Notes: generated by a model not told the origin, from the letters alone. A DNA stretch of 64,000 nt from Octopus vulgaris (GCA_951406725.2 OX597816.1:136214001-136278000); one strand, 5' to 3'; counted from the stretch's first letter, positions 12,010-26,352 are shown. Numbers and translations: made by a program.

Positions 12010-12352
12010 GTGTCTTTATTTCTGTTACTAGCGTATAGTATGCTACTCGATTCCTTGATGCAAAGCCTATACGATTTAGTATATGTGTTCTATGGTGTTG
12101 ATTGAGTAATTATCGATCATCGTTAATTATACTCAATGTTAGAATGTATGAGGTGGTTAATGTATGATGCTAATATCGTGGAATTTTTTATATAGGGGTG
12201 AATAAATGAATTCTTGTGTCCCCTATATCTAATTGTAAAATAAGTAGTACTCCCTATATAAATTTTCCTAAGTCCGGAGCGTTAAACTAATAAACCTGTT
12301 TGCTGTTTACACACCCGTCTTCGTCTTTTGTTCGTTTCTTTTGTAAATTCCA
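12010..12352 (+). mobile_element. Penelope-like terminal repeat fragment(s)
   Basis: 12274-12350 is similar to 59131-59205, which lies next to a hammerhead-like motif; family assignment inferred. Confidence 0.45.
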
Positions 12353-12389
12353 AATATATATTTATGTATGTGTGTGTATGCATATATAT

Positions 12390-12641
12390 ATATATACAAA
12401 ACTGAGAATGTGTGGCTGTCTGTCTGTCTGTATGTTTCCCTAAAACTTGAGAACTACACAACCAATTTCATTCAAATTTTACACATGCCTTACTTAAGGT
12501 CCATGTAGTGTCATGGGCAAAAAAGATTTCTAACTTCTTGCCTAGGGCGAGCCCACAGCAATATCATATCTTCTCCACTATTTCAGTCTTACGTGTTAAA
12601 AGTGAAATAAAAACATCTCTCTATTGTATGTATATGGATGT

Positions 12642-12677
<36 letters not shown>

Positions 12678-13421
12678 GTATATACATGTATATATATAGC
12701 TGTATATGTATACATGTATATGTATAGCTGTATATGTATACATGTATTTCTATAGATATACATGTATGTGTATACATGTATGTCTAGATGTATATATACG
12801 TACATATATATAGATGTACATGTAATATGTACACACATATATATACACATATATATATACACATATATATATGCATACATATATACACCCATACACACAT
12901 ACACACACACACACATACATAAGTGCAGGTGTGGCTGTGTGGTAACAAACTTGGTTCCAAAACACATGGTCCTCAGTTCAGTCCCACTGTGTGGTAACTT
13001 GGCATGTGTCTTCTGCTATAGCCTGAGACCAACCAAAGCCTGGTCAGTGGATTTTGTAGACAGAAACCGAAAGAAATCAATTGTATGTATATGTATGTAT
13101 ATATGTAAGTCTATGTATGTGTCTTTGTGTTTCTCCCTCATCACTGCTTCACAACTGGTGTTCGTTTATTTACATTCCCATAACTTACTGGTTTCACAAG
13201 AGGAAACTGATAGAATAAGTACCAAGCTTATCAAAATATAAAACAGCACTACGAAGTGTCTCATATTTTAGTTTGCCCACTCAGTAGTATCTATCAATTT
13301 ATCTTTGTGTGTGTGTGTATGTGTGTGTGTGTGTGTGTGTGTATGTGTGTGTATACATATATATATACATATATGTATACACACACACACACACAGACAG
13401 ACAGACAGACAGACACACACA

Positions 13422-13478
<57 letters not shown>

Positions 13479-14001
13479 GTAACATAGTTCTTGAACCGGT
13501 ACTTCAAGTAACGACTAGTGTAGGGTAACTGACGGCTTATTGTGATCATTCATCTTTTGGCTTCCTGTAGCTTTGCTCTCTTTTACAAACCCAGTGAACA
13601 TATATTTCCTATTTCAAAGAAATTTAAACAATAGAAATAACAACCAAGTTAAAAAGATTTTCAACAATTCAACATCTCTGGTTGGCATTAAGATGCCCAC
13701 CCCCAACAGGGACCTTAACTCTCACATTTTAGAGCTCCATGACCTTCATTTTTTAGGAGCAAAATCTTTTTAACAGTTTCAATAACACTGGAATTTTGGA
13801 ATATGCGCATAAAAATCAGTAGTATGAGATACATGCGGCACGATTACAAATTTTTTAGGGTGTGTAAAGAGGGAAATAACCCTCATCTGCAATTTTGATG
13901 AAATTCGAAGCATAGATATTCCAGTTCATTACAGAAAATATAACATAAAAGTCTAATTCTTCAATTGAATGTAACCGGGCAACGCCGGGTATCTCTACTA
14001 G
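12390..14001 (+). mobile_element. Non-autonomous Helitron interrupted by microsatellites and a SINE
   Basis: 5' part matches 360-600; 3' end is GC hairpin CCGGGCAACGCCGGG then CTAG|T at 13998-14002. Confidence 0.65.
12925..13240 (+). mobile_element. SINE family A (tRNA head, CORE-like segment, internal microsatellite)
   Basis: TGGCTGTGTGG A-box and GTTCAGTCCC B-box-like; homologous to 25135-25514 and 29664-30058. Confidence 0.8.
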
Positions 14002-14877
14002 TATTTTATAAAGCAATGATTAATTCCCACTGTGCAGAATAAATCAAAATAGGGGAGTGACGCATATGAACAGGAAATAGGACGAATATTATTTAATACT
14101 GTGTATTTGTGAGACTAACAAATATTTTAAAACACGAATGGCTGCCTTGGTTTGTACATAAATCTCATTATTTTCACTGACTTTTCATTTCATAATGGCT
14201 AAGAAAAGTATGAATCTCAATAAGAGACATATGGAAACAAAAGTACAAACGTACAAACTGAAACTTCGTTATTTTATGTGTCTTTTTAAAGGTCATATAT
14301 GCTGAAACAATATTCAGCGAATGCACTAGTTTTGTGAAGTCGACAACCTTTATTTTTGACACTTTAGCCTTCAATTTCATAAGAAATACTGTACACTTAT
14401 GAATTGAGGTATGATGTTATCAAGTTTACGGTGTCTGAATGAAATTAATTCCCGTTTAATTCCAATGAAGGTATTGGAAAATGAAACAATTCTAAATTAC
14501 GTTAGTGTTAATCTATTTAATTGCAAAGAGCATCAAAAAGTCAACTAGAAAATATTATACAGGGAGGGGGAAAATATTTTTAGCTATTGACAAATATCAT
14601 TTCGAGACTTTCGGCTAGTACAGAAGACAACTTCAGATGTTTCATATGTTTCGATCATATTACAGTTCCTCGGCAAAGTATAGCCTCAACTTAAAATTTG
14701 TTTACACGTTTACTCGCGATTATCAAAGAAAAAGCTTATTAAATTTGTTTAATGTTTGATGTTTAGTTTAAATCATCGTCGAATTTGTGGAATACATAGG
14801 GAGGATATTAAGACTACTGTGGTTATGAGAGGAATGAATACAGAGTATAAGGAGGATGTTTATTTCGTTGTTAAGAC

Positions 14878-15607
14878 TGTAGCATAATCTCTCTCTCCCC
14901 TTTATCATATATATATATGTATTCGAACGTAGTGGGAACCATCTAACCTTTGGCCGCTATTTGGACCCCGTTGTGTCCACCACTCTTACTGATTGGTATT
15001 AGCGCAATTTGTCTCTTACTCCGTCACATCAATTGCAGGATATAACCAATCGCAGCCTCCAAATAAATCACGTGAGACAGTCTGTTCTCAACCCCAGTTT
15101 AAGCCGACTGCTCCCTATAAAAACTCAACTTCTCCTCGTCTCAAGGATTTTTGGTTCAGACCATTTAAGGTCTAGCCACTGACCACACAAGACAGCCAGC
15201 TCCAGCGACCTCCATCTTCTTCGCCAAAAGCATGTCTTTCACCAACGTCGTCAACATCATCTCTCTACGTACACAGCGCAACAAACAACTCGCCCATGTT
15301 TCAACGCTTCAATTCACGGTTTATGAGTTAGGTCCACGAATTAACGGTGAATATACAACCTGCGAGGAATCCTGTATCGTGACCGGCTCAGCATCACAGC
15401 CACAACTTCACGTACGACACGTACCACAACCGGCTCCGCAGTACAGTCACAACGACTTGATACAGCATCGCAACAACCCGTGTACAGTTGATGACGAACT
15501 GGTATTCTCATTCTTGTGTTCCTGAACATCTAACTTTTCATTATAGACTCTTTCCCTGTCTTCGTCTTCATTGCTATATAGGTACAACGCACACGCATAC
15601 ATCGATG

Positions 15608-15648
<41 letters not shown>

Positions 15649-15814
15649 CCACACACACACAACTATATCAATAAATCTTTCATAAGCATTCTACTCTGTT
15701 GTGTCTCTCTCTTTTCTCCCTGCGCACATGACGTATTCCATCTCACATATATTGTAAGGACCGTGTGTTGTCCAACATCAACTCTCGTTTTCTCGCATCA
15801 CACGGTCCTTTACA
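14878..15814 (+). mobile_element. Solo LTR (Ty3/Gypsy-like, 937 bp)
   Basis: TGT...ACA termini; 4-bp TSD AGAC at 14874-14877 and 15815-15818; CCAAT 15046, TATAAAA 15116, AATAAA 15670 in the expected order. Confidence 0.75.
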
Positions 15815-18654
15815 AGACTTTGGAGCCAGTAAATATGCGGAAAGTTATATTATATTCATTAGAAATCGTAATAGAGATATTTAGATGAAAACAATACAGG
15901 TGCTTTTACCAGAACAAAGTTCCAAAGCCTTTCCAGATGACAGATTTTTCCGAGCCAGTGGCCAGGGTAGTGGTACCTTGGATGACTCAAATATTAAGTT
16001 TACCTAAATAATTAAATGAAATACAGGTACCAGTACACAAGCATAAATGATAAAGGTTTATTAATATTCTATTGTACATGGTACTAATCGGTGCAAGGTA
16101 TCAGTTAACTAGTCTAGTGGCCGCAGGAATTTTAAGTTCTTCGTGAAAAACTTGATTATAAGAGGCTCTGGACCATCAGTGTTCAGAAAGCCGATGTTAT
16201 GCCGGTATTGGATTGTATTTTTATAATGATCACTTTCAGTTTGTAACTGGTAGCTGTCACTTTTCTACTTGAGGGAAACGTTAAATTCAAATAATAGGAT
16301 CAGAAATTTATGTTAAATCGTCTTAATAAGATTCCTCGAGATTAGATTAACTGGTAATAGTTAAATCTCTAAAACAACGTGTCTCTGGTGTAAACTGTTT
16401 TCGCTATCATTTACAATGAAAGAATATTTGATTATTTGTTTATGAATAAAACACTACAACTGCAACTTTATATCATATGAATTAGGTTTAAATAAAGGGT
16501 CAGCTCAAGATTTCCATACGTAACAAGGGACCGAGTAGTAGTTCTTAACTAAAATTAATCTAATGTTATTTTATTCATCTGCATAGGTTTTTACCTTATA
16601 GATTTCCTTTTCTACCAGTAACCAAAGCAATTTTTCTATTGTATATTCATTTGAACGAATGAAAGCAACTTGCAGCTTTCATGCTGTATAAATGTTATGC
16701 AGAAACCTATTTTGCTTACTTGCTTACTGAATAGGATGAGAAGCACGATGCGTGCTAACCAAGCAAGGGCGTTGCTTATTGAATGTCAAAGTTATATTGA
16801 AAAGAAAACAAACTGAGGCTTGTTGTTGAACAATTGTAATATTAGACAAAGGCAGGCTATATTTACAAAACTGCTTTCTGAATTCTACATCAGGTTACTC
16901 TAGAAGTATTGATCTTTTACCTCCTCTCATGGGGTATTTACTTACGGCCCTTTACGATCTGAGTTCAAATCATGCAAAAATAAACTTCGGGAGTTTGTCC
17001 TTCAAGGGTCGATAAAATAAAGTACCAGTCAAATATTAAGTCAATGCAAAAGACTATGACACTACCCCTCCATAATTTCAGGCCCTAAGGTGAATTTGTG
17101 AAACAATATACTCTGTAACGAAATGAACATTTCTGATTCTATAATGATTTTGAATGATTTTAAAGCTTTATAAAGTGTGTTTGTATCATGTCTGAATGAA
17201 TAATCTGCGTATTTATTCATCTGGTTTATATATGATTAATATGCTTTAAACATTTATCTACTGTGATTACATGTGATTAATTCCAAAACGGGAATGAACG
17301 GTCAATTTTCAGAAGAATATAGTTAAAATGATATTACTTAAAATCACCGTTCTGAAACGGATAAATGCAACGCAACTGACTGAAATCGAACCATGTACCT
17401 ATAGCTTTTGCTTTAAAATTCTTCACAGTTAATTCATTCATAATAATGATAGTGCTGTCAAGAATTTCGTTCTAATTTGGCGGTTGAGAATGTTCGAGTT
17501 ACTCTTGTGTTTCATAAATCAGCATGTAAAATGACTGATCAGCTGTTTGTACCCTTATGGAATATAAATATATTTATACTAATATCCATATACCAACAAT
17601 ACATTCATTATGTTTACTAGAAAGAGTTTTCATGGAATTTAGTTAAAAGAATAAAAGAAAGAAAAAAACCCCAATTAACTATCCAATTACTAAAGTTTTA
17701 TATCACAGGATGAAATCGAATGTTTCATATGTTTGGTGTTTGTTATCTGTGTATTGAAAGCGAGAAAAATCGAAGTGATGTGTGAAATTACACATTTAAC
17801 GATTGAAGCAAAACTGTCCCAGCACTAAACCGTGATCTTACACCACAAGTTATACGTTAAGAAGCACCACACACGCTTTGTTTACCTTTTTACCGTTGGT
17901 TTGTTATGACATGAACAACCGCAAGCAAATATCTGTCATATCTAGATTAAAAACTCAATAAAATTAATCCCGTAATCCACTGCATTTAAACACTGCAGAG
18001 AGAGACACAGAAGTAATCTGAATAGTTATTTGTAAATCCTGAACAGCAATGTTACTCATAAATGACCAATCATAAACACCTTAGGAATGTTTGAGGAATG
18101 CAAATTATTTCATATGATAGATCCATGACACAAAACTCACGAAAGAAACTTCAGTTATTTAGTAAGATCGTGCTTTATCTAGAAGTCAAAATAAAGTTAT
18201 TTGATCTTTCAAACTGACAATAAAATACATCTCAGGAAGGATAAATTTACGCGGGCAATTATATACTGAGAGAAAAATTTTGAAAAAGCAAAGAAGAGAG
18301 CTGTAGTCGCAGATTGTGTTAAATTTGATGAATGTTCTTAATTAATCAGTTTGTTGGAGTGAAAATTTCAAGGGTGAAGCTATCGAAGTTGATCGAATAA
18401 TTAAAAAGTAATGGAAGGGAATTAGAACAACTTAAAAAGCAACTTTCCAAGGGGGAAGAGTTAAATTCATTGGTAATTGATGATCGTTTGCGGTTGATAA
18501 AACATTATTATCCCAACATCTATATAACATTTCTTTTCAGATGCGGGAAATTTCAGTTTCAGTGATGAAATAAGCTGTAAGACGTGTACTATCACATAAA
18601 TGATAAATTAAAACTAATACAGTCAACTGATAGCTATCCATATATCACAATGTA

Positions 18655-19936
18655 CGAGGGACGTTCAATAAGTAATGCCTCTGACCCACTTGCAGTTGTT
18701 TGATCTAGCTGAAATTTTGCATGTGCAATCATTTATATCTCTATAGAGTAAGTGGCAAATTACAGCTCTGTGGTTTCTGATTTACAGGTGTTTGAACCGA
18801 GTCAAGTGTGAAATGGAGCCTGTTGAGTGTCGAGCAGTGATCCGGTTTTTGTATTTGAAAGGACGCACACCACGGGAGACTTTTGATGAAATGAAAGTAA
18901 CTTATGGTGATGATGCCCCATCATATGACCTTGTAAAATGCTGGCATCTTGAATTCAAACATGGTCGGAACTCTGTGGAAACAGCTCCCAGATCTGGTCG
19001 CCCCTTCTGCCATTGATGAGGCATCTGTCCGTCAAGTTGAGGCTGCCATTTTGGAAGATCGACGCATAATTATTCGCCATATAGCCTATGAGGTCAAGAT
19101 TAGTACCGGGTCTGTGGAAACTATCATTCATGACCATTTGCATATGCAAAAGGTGTCTGCCAGATGGATTCCCAGGTTGCTCACGCCTTTCCAGAAGCAA
19201 GAACGCATCGAGTGCTCGAGGGTGAATTTGGAGATGTGCCAAGAAGATGAGTCAAAATTTTTCAAAAGACTGATTACACAGGATGAAACCTGGGTCCATC
19301 ACGATGATCCAGAGACCAAAGCCCAGTCAATGCAGTGGAAGCACCGTGACTCACCCCCTCCAAAGAAGGCAAGTGTGCAGCCCTCCGCTGGCAAGGTCAT
19401 GTTCACAGTCTTCTGGGACCAGGACGGAGTAGTGATGACAGATTTCCTGGCAAAGGGTACCACAATTGCAGGAGCCTATTATGCTTCACTTTTGAGGAAA
19501 TTAAGAGAAGTTATCAAAATCAAGAGGCGGGGCAAGATCAGCAAAGGCATCCTCCTCCTGCAGGACAACGCTCCGGTCCACAACTCGCTTGTCGCAAGAT
19601 CAGAAGCACAGGCGTATGGCTATGAACTCCTCCCCCATCCTCCCTACTTTCCTGACCTTGCACCCTCTGATTTTCACCTCTTCCCAGTCATGAAGTTGTT
19701 TTTGAAAGGAAAGCGTTTCCCAGATGATGCAGCCTTGATTTCTGAAGTCACGTTCAGGTTGGAGGACCAAGCTGGGGTCTTCTACAAAAACGGTCTCCAG
19801 AGCTGCATCAAACAATGGGAGAAATTCGTAACTCTGGGTGGTTCCTATGTAGAAAAAGACTAATAACTGTGCCAAGTTTCGTTGCTCTACTCCTATGGGA
19901 AGTGGGTCAGGGGCATTACTTATTGAACGCCCCTCG
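18655..19936 (+). mobile_element. Full-length mariner transposon (1282 bp, irritans-like)
   Basis: ~36-bp TIRs CGAGGGACGTTCAATAAGTAATGCC.. / ..GGCATTACTTATTGAACGCCCCTCG, flanked by TA on both sides. Confidence 0.95.
18813..19863 (+). pseudogene. Mariner DD34D transposase with one frameshift (~19005)
   Basis: MEPVECRAVIRFL..RSGRP shifts into SAIDE..WIPRLL..TQDETW..LQDNAPVH..YFPDLAPSDFHLF; 34 residues between the 2nd and 3rd Asp. Confidence 0.93.
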
Positions 19937-20884
19937 TACATACACTGTCGACGAGTAAGGTGTTTGAGTTTTTCGTCCGAGACAAAAATCTCTTCTGTTA
20001 AAAACCCAATATATATTGACGGAAGACGAAACATCATCCCAGCAACAGCAACTGAGAATGTCAGATGTATTTCGGTCTTTTTGCGCCTTATCAATGTCTT
20101 GTATTCGCAGGGACGAAATTTCTCACCTGTCGTACATATGAAAACAGTGAACAACACATTCACTAATTTTGCGAATAGCTGCCAGGCTGAAGAAAAATCC
20201 AGTATACGCAATCGAAGAAGTATTGAAATAGCCATCTATGTATCATACTTAATACATATACACCGTTGACAGGCTATTTTAAATTAATTCTGCCTCGCTT
20301 GCGTACAACGGATTTTTATTCACCCGAGTGGCTATTCGCAATATCACAGTAAATTCGTTGTTTATTGTGATTAGAGGGAGATTTAGATACTGCTGGTCTA
20401 AATCCGGCCCTTGTTATACATCTATGAAATAGCTACTTGAAATAGTATATCTTAAACATTATATAGCTGAAAACGACTTGTGGATTTGTTTTTGGTTAAA
20501 ACTGAAATTATTGGTTAACTTAAGACTTCCCCACAAGGTAGAATTCTCTGGAAACTTATTACCTGATGCATAAATACTAAGTACTTCCCTATCTTTTCTC
20601 TCGAATGCTAAACCACTAACGCGCTATGAAGAAGAAAATGCTTTCCATGAATTTCCTCTAGACTGTAATTATCTCTATCTGTACTGAATTGTCTCACTTA
20701 AAATGTTACTTAATAAGTGAAGCTAAGGGTTTCTAAAAAGAATGAAATAATACTACATATGATTGCTACCGACTAAAAATGTTTAAAACTTCGTAATAAA
20801 TAAGCAAAAATAATAAGTATATAAATTCTACGTATCTTTTCCTTATAATTCCTTAATTTCAAATTAAAATTTCTAATCCCGCTA

Positions 20885-21106
20885 AATATTGGTTTCAAAC
20901 TTTGACACTAGGCCAGTAATTTCGTGGGGGAGGGGTTAAGTCAACTACATAGACATCAGTGCTCAACTTATAGTTATTTCCTCGATCCCGAAGGGATGAA
21001 AGGCAACGTTAATCTCGGCGGAATTTGAACTCAGAACGTTGGAGACAGATGAAATGCTGCTAAGCATTTCGCCCGGCGAGCTAACGATTCTACCAGCTCG
21101 CCGCCA
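20885..21106 (-). mobile_element. SINE family C (tRNA-like head; central block recalling Meta/MESC domain)
   Basis: Reverse complement of GGCGAGCTGGTAGAATCGTTAGC...TTCATCCCTTCGGGATCGA; further degenerate copies near 16930-17090 and 30230-30450. Domain name is from memory, not verified. Confidence 0.8.
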
Positions 21107-22414
21107 TAATCCCGCTAAATATCAGGAAGAAATGATAATGTTCCTTGTAATAACTGCGACCGCTTAGAGAAAATGCATTTTTGAAAAATGTTTGATATTA
21201 TAACATAGCTAGCACAGAAAGAACTAAGCAAAACGAATATATAGATTGGTGTATGCGTTGTAGCGTGCTGAAATATATGACGAACTGTGTTGTGGATATT
21301 GGATTTACAGGTTGGATCTTGATGTGAAGACAATACTCAAGTGCATATATGAAGTATCTACGATGTTCGGTTGGGAAGAAGGAGAGAAAAAAAAATGCTA
21401 CTTAAATTTCTCCTTTCAAAGAGATTAAGAGGACTATATATCTTCTGAAAAACCAGTTGCTCCTATTAAACATTATTCTCTATGTCAACACATGTATATA
21501 TATATATGTGTGTGTGTGTGTATGTGTGTGTGTGTGTGAGGTAGAGTGTTTGAGAGAGAGAGAGGGTGGGAGAGAGAAGATACTCCCCAGCTGTGACATA
21601 AATACCAGTCGATAATAAGTGTGGAAGTTTAAAACATTTAATTCATTCGTGCTTATAGTAATTTCCTTGAATTTAACCGATGCTACTCTATCGATCCATG
21701 AGTGAGGTATTGAGGCTACATGCTCTAGTTCTAGATATCTTACTATTCCCTATTGAAGGGACGTTATGGTGTCGTAAGTGTTGTAGCCAGACACAGACAT
21801 ATAAATATATGCCTGTGTGTGCAAATGTTTTGGACGTTTGATAGCTCGTAAAGTATTTAGTTCTTAATGTTTCTATTTATTTGAAACAGCTGTAGTTGAT
21901 TAACTCTAGATTATTCCAGTTCAAAAATATTTCAGTCACTACCATCCTATCTTTTTCAAGCACAATGCATCTAAGATTATAACGCAGAATGTGATTTGAA
22001 GTAGACTTGGTCGCTATGTTCAGCAAATCGAACCACCGCGTTGAGACACACTCTTTAATTCGTCAGTGAAATGGCTGATTACCTTTACATTTATTTTTTT
22101 TTTCTACTCTTTAACTCAAAAGTGTATGTGCGCGCATGTGCATGCAGTGCTGAACTAGCAAAATTTTCAAAGCTTAAATGTTAGCAACCGGTTCATTGTT
22201 CAAAGAAGATATTTCAATCACAGATACTTTGAAACAAATTCCAAATTTGGAAATAAAATAGTTTCACTAAAATAGCTTTTCATTACTACAATATCTAGTT
22301 TGGATAGTATATGGAATTCGAGGTAAGTGGTGATGGTCTGCGTCGGAAAAATCAGCTGATGTAACTTTCGAAAGATTAGTAGTTTATTTAGCATGAGCAT
22401 TGTCCAATATAACG

Positions 22415-22450
<36 letters not shown>

Positions 22451-22457
22451 CGAAGCA
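22415..22457 (+). rRNA. Short 28S rRNA-derived fragment (not a functional gene)
   Basis: TTTTTGATCCTTCGATGTCGGCTCTTCCTATCATTGCGAAGCA matches the conserved eukaryotic LSU domain V (peptidyl-transferase region) sequence; flanks are not rDNA. Confidence 0.85.
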
Positions 22458-22539
22458 TAATTTGGACTCATGTCCAAAATCTAAAAGTGAACCGGATGAA
22501 TGACAGATAGCTCTGCTCCGCATCAGCTCCACTGAAGTC

Positions 22540-22960
22540 TCCCAGTGTTGTACACACCAAGTTCCTATCGCCGATACTGGGACATGTCATACCTCCTCTC
22601 TTTTTCCCCGCAAGGTCTTAGCATCAATACTACAGCCTACACCGAGACAATGGAGACGTTCATCAAACCCTGAATTGAGGGAGTAGCTCGGAAAACGACT
22701 ACGTGTTCCAGCAAGACTCTGATCCTTCTTATACAGCTTGCACGACCCAAGAATGGATGGCCAAAAATTTTCGTGACCATGTTACCAAAAATTCTTGGCT
22801 TCCTAGCTCTCCTGATTAAAACCCGTTGGATTATTTTGTCCTGGAGCATCGTTGAGAGGAGACTAACGATCATGCTCACAATATCTAGAAACCGTCTCTG
22901 GGTAGCATTCGAGGCTAGTGACGGTTTTATTGGCTATTCTTTTGCTGTGTATAAGTAAGC
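22540..22960 (+). mobile_element. Tc1/mariner-superfamily transposase fragment
   Basis: Degenerate YVFQQDSDP and W..SSPD.NPLDYFV motifs. Confidence 0.7.
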
Positions 22961-23029
22961 GCATGTGTATCAAATTCTATTAAGATATATTGTGTTTTTT
23001 TTCTAATAAATATTTTTGTTTTTCTTAGA

Positions 23030-23360
23030 TCAGGGGTGCTCAACTATTTTTTATCTATGGACCCCTTTGCTTACTATTTTTACTCTGGTGGACACCTATA
23101 GCTTTTCTATGTTTAAAAACTAGTTTTATAGAGACTTCTTTCAAAATACCTATGTTTTTCTTCACGCATTAATTTGTGTAGGTTGCACTATGTAAAACAT
23201 TAGAGAGAAAAAACCTTGATGCTTCTTGCAATACATAGCAATACATACATCGAAAGCAAAATGTTTTCAGGGGTCCTTAGAATGCTATTGTGGATCCCCA
23301 ATTTACTATTTTGTTGCGTGGACCCCCAAATATTCTATATGGACTCTGGTTGAGAACCAA
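23030..23360. mobile_element. hAT-like MITE
   Basis: CAGGGGTGCTCAAC start, GGTTGAGAACCA end, repeated internal TGGACCCC motifs. Confidence 0.6.
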
Positions 23361-23806
23361 TACCTTTGATGAAAATTCTGTTCTCAAACAGCTGGGGCAC
23401 CCTGTATATGTATATACTTATGTATGTATGTGTGTGTGTGCGTAGTTCACCAGCTAAGGATACACGAAGCAGTTTAATCTGATAGTACAGATATGATGCT
23501 AGACTGCAAACTTTGAAACTCCAAACTTTTCGTACACAATCAGTGACAGAAGGGATGTGTCATAATCGTAGATTGCACATTTATCCTAGCATAATGTTAG
23601 GTATTTCATAAAAGAAACGAGACGCAATAGAACAAGAGAAACAATCAAATATAGATGTAATATATGCGTGGTCACAATATCTCGCGGAGAATGTACATAA
23701 CAGAATGAACATTATTTGTGCCCCACTTCGTGAAGGTGATACTCTTTCTCCCTCCCCCTCTCTCCTTATATATATATATACACGCACATATATATGTATA
23801 TATGTA

Positions 23807-23850
<44 letters not shown>

Positions 23851-23852
23851 TG

Positions 23853-23884
<32 letters not shown>

Positions 23885-23934
23885 TATACATATATATATT
23901 CACACACATATATATACAGACATACTCATATGCA

Positions 23935-23980
<46 letters not shown>

Positions 23981-25134
23981 TGTAAGCGTATTAGTGTTTG
24001 TTTTCCCATCGCTTGTTCTTTTTAGATAAGGGCAGGCTGTGTGGTTAAGAAGCCCATGACTTCGGGTTCTGTCCCACTGCACAGCACCCTGGGCCGATGT
24101 AGCCTTATGAGTGAATACATTAGACGGATTCCTTATGTTGAAAATTGGTATATATACACAGTTTATCTATTCTGGTTATAATATCATTTTTAGTAATCTT
24201 AAATTTTATCTTCATGCAACATAACAATATTGTTTATATACAACCATCCATTGTACCCTATAATAATTTTCTCTGTATTAACATCATAGGTTTTATTAGC
24301 GTCTTGCCCCTTTAAATGGTAATTAACATTTTGATTTAGGGTCTTCCCCTACCCACCCTTCCTTATAGACAATTACTTATACATTTCCTAAAATCTTCAC
24401 AATATTTATGACGATACCCAACTATAAACTGTCAACTCACTCCCTCTATCCAATGAACCACAATCCTTTACAATATATGACCCTAACAAACTTCATACAG
24501 TTCTTAGAAGTGTATGAAGTTTGAAACCTCCAAAATTAGGGGATTCCTTATACACAAGGTTCCTTACACACGTTAAAATATGGTACATTTATCTGGGGAT
24601 ACCAAAATGTGCTTAGGGTCTCTATGGTTCTTAATCTGGCCCTGATTGTAACATATATATGTACACGCAGGCATGCGTATCGGGTTGATGGCCTTTAGAC
24701 ATGACAAAACAGGAAGAAAAACAATAGAAATGAAATCAGGTTAAAACTAACGATTGACGAAGTTGCTCTCTCTATGAAGACAACTCTTCTGGCAAATTTA
24801 TATTTGTCGACCTGTAGTGACGTCAGTACTATTGTTTAAGACAGAGCGGTTTGGTGAAGAGGACAAAACGACTCCGTTTTTGAGGCCCATAGATTAATTA
24901 GCAGCAGCCACCATTCAGCACAAATTGATTGTCTTACCTTCGAGTATGGCCTGTGAAACCATGTAATTTATCTCATTCGCAGCCACGTCAGAGCATTATC
25001 CCCGTAGCATTGTGTGAATTAAATATTATAAGTAAAAATTCATCAGCAATGTCATTAACCTATTCATTTGAGTTGAATGGTAACTTTTACTCGTTAATCA
25101 AATGACTCAGTCGGTATTTAAAAAATTTGTTTTT

Positions 25135-25319
25135 ATTTTACTTGTTTCAGTCATTTGACTGCGGCCATGCTGGAGCACCGCCTTTAGTCGAGCAAATCGA
25201 CCCCGGGACTTATTGTTTGTAAGCCCAGTACTTATTCTATCGGTCTCTTTTGCCGAACCGCTAAGTAACGGGGACGTAAACACACCAGCATCGGTTGTCA
25301 AGCAATGCTAGGGGGACAA

Positions 25320-25356
<37 letters not shown>

Positions 25357-25514
25357 TACGACGGGCTTCTTTCAGTTTCCGTCTACCAAATCCACTCACA
25401 AGGCTTTGGTTGGCCCGAGGCTATAGCAGAAGACACTTGCCCAAAATGCCACGCAGTGGGACTGAACCCGGAACCATGTGGTTGGTTAGCAAGCTACTTA
25501 CCACACAGCCACTC
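25135..25514 (-). mobile_element. SINE family A, full-length
   Basis: Head GAGTGGCTGTGTGGTAAGTAGC..GGTTCAGTCCC, CORE-like TTGGGCAAGTG, central (TA)n. Partial copies at 24031-24125, 25665-25805 (inverted), 37025-37130, 51420-51590, 59265-59530, 61350-61450. Confidence 0.9.
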
Positions 25515-25927
25515 ACTTGTTTTATCTTCACCAAAACGTTCTGACCTTAGAGTTTGACGTTTCCGTCAATCGATAAATATTGTCTTCTACATGAGGTAGA
25601 TTTCGATATACATGGATTCGAACCTGAATCTTCTTCTATTAAAGTAAAAAAAAAAAAGAAAAAAAATGGTAGAAGTTTGCTTTCCAGCCACATGGTTCTG
25701 GGTTCAGTCTCACTGCGTAGCACCTTAGGCAAGTGTCTTCTACCAAAGCTGACCAAAGCTTTGTTAGTGGATTTAGTAGACGGAAACTGAAAGAAGACCG
25801 TTCTATATATTTTATCGGATGCAGCTGTGCATCGTTAACCAACTAGAGCAGATGTCCTCTTGGAGTTAAAAAATCGCACTAGAGTCCGTTCGAACGGACA
25901 GCCATATTAAAGTGGCTACGAATATTA

Positions 25928-26352
<425 letters not shown>

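Noticed and set aside
12508-13549. Many ORFs rich in CV/YI/HT dipeptides (also near 23.6-24.1, 28.4-31.8, 43.4-43.8 and 49.4-52.0 kb)
   Set aside because: Translation artefacts of (CA)n, (TA)n and (TACA)n microsatellites.
19600-20269. 211-aa and 124-aa ORFs crossing the mariner right end
   Set aside because: They span the TIR boundary, partly antisense to the transposase, with no domain signal.
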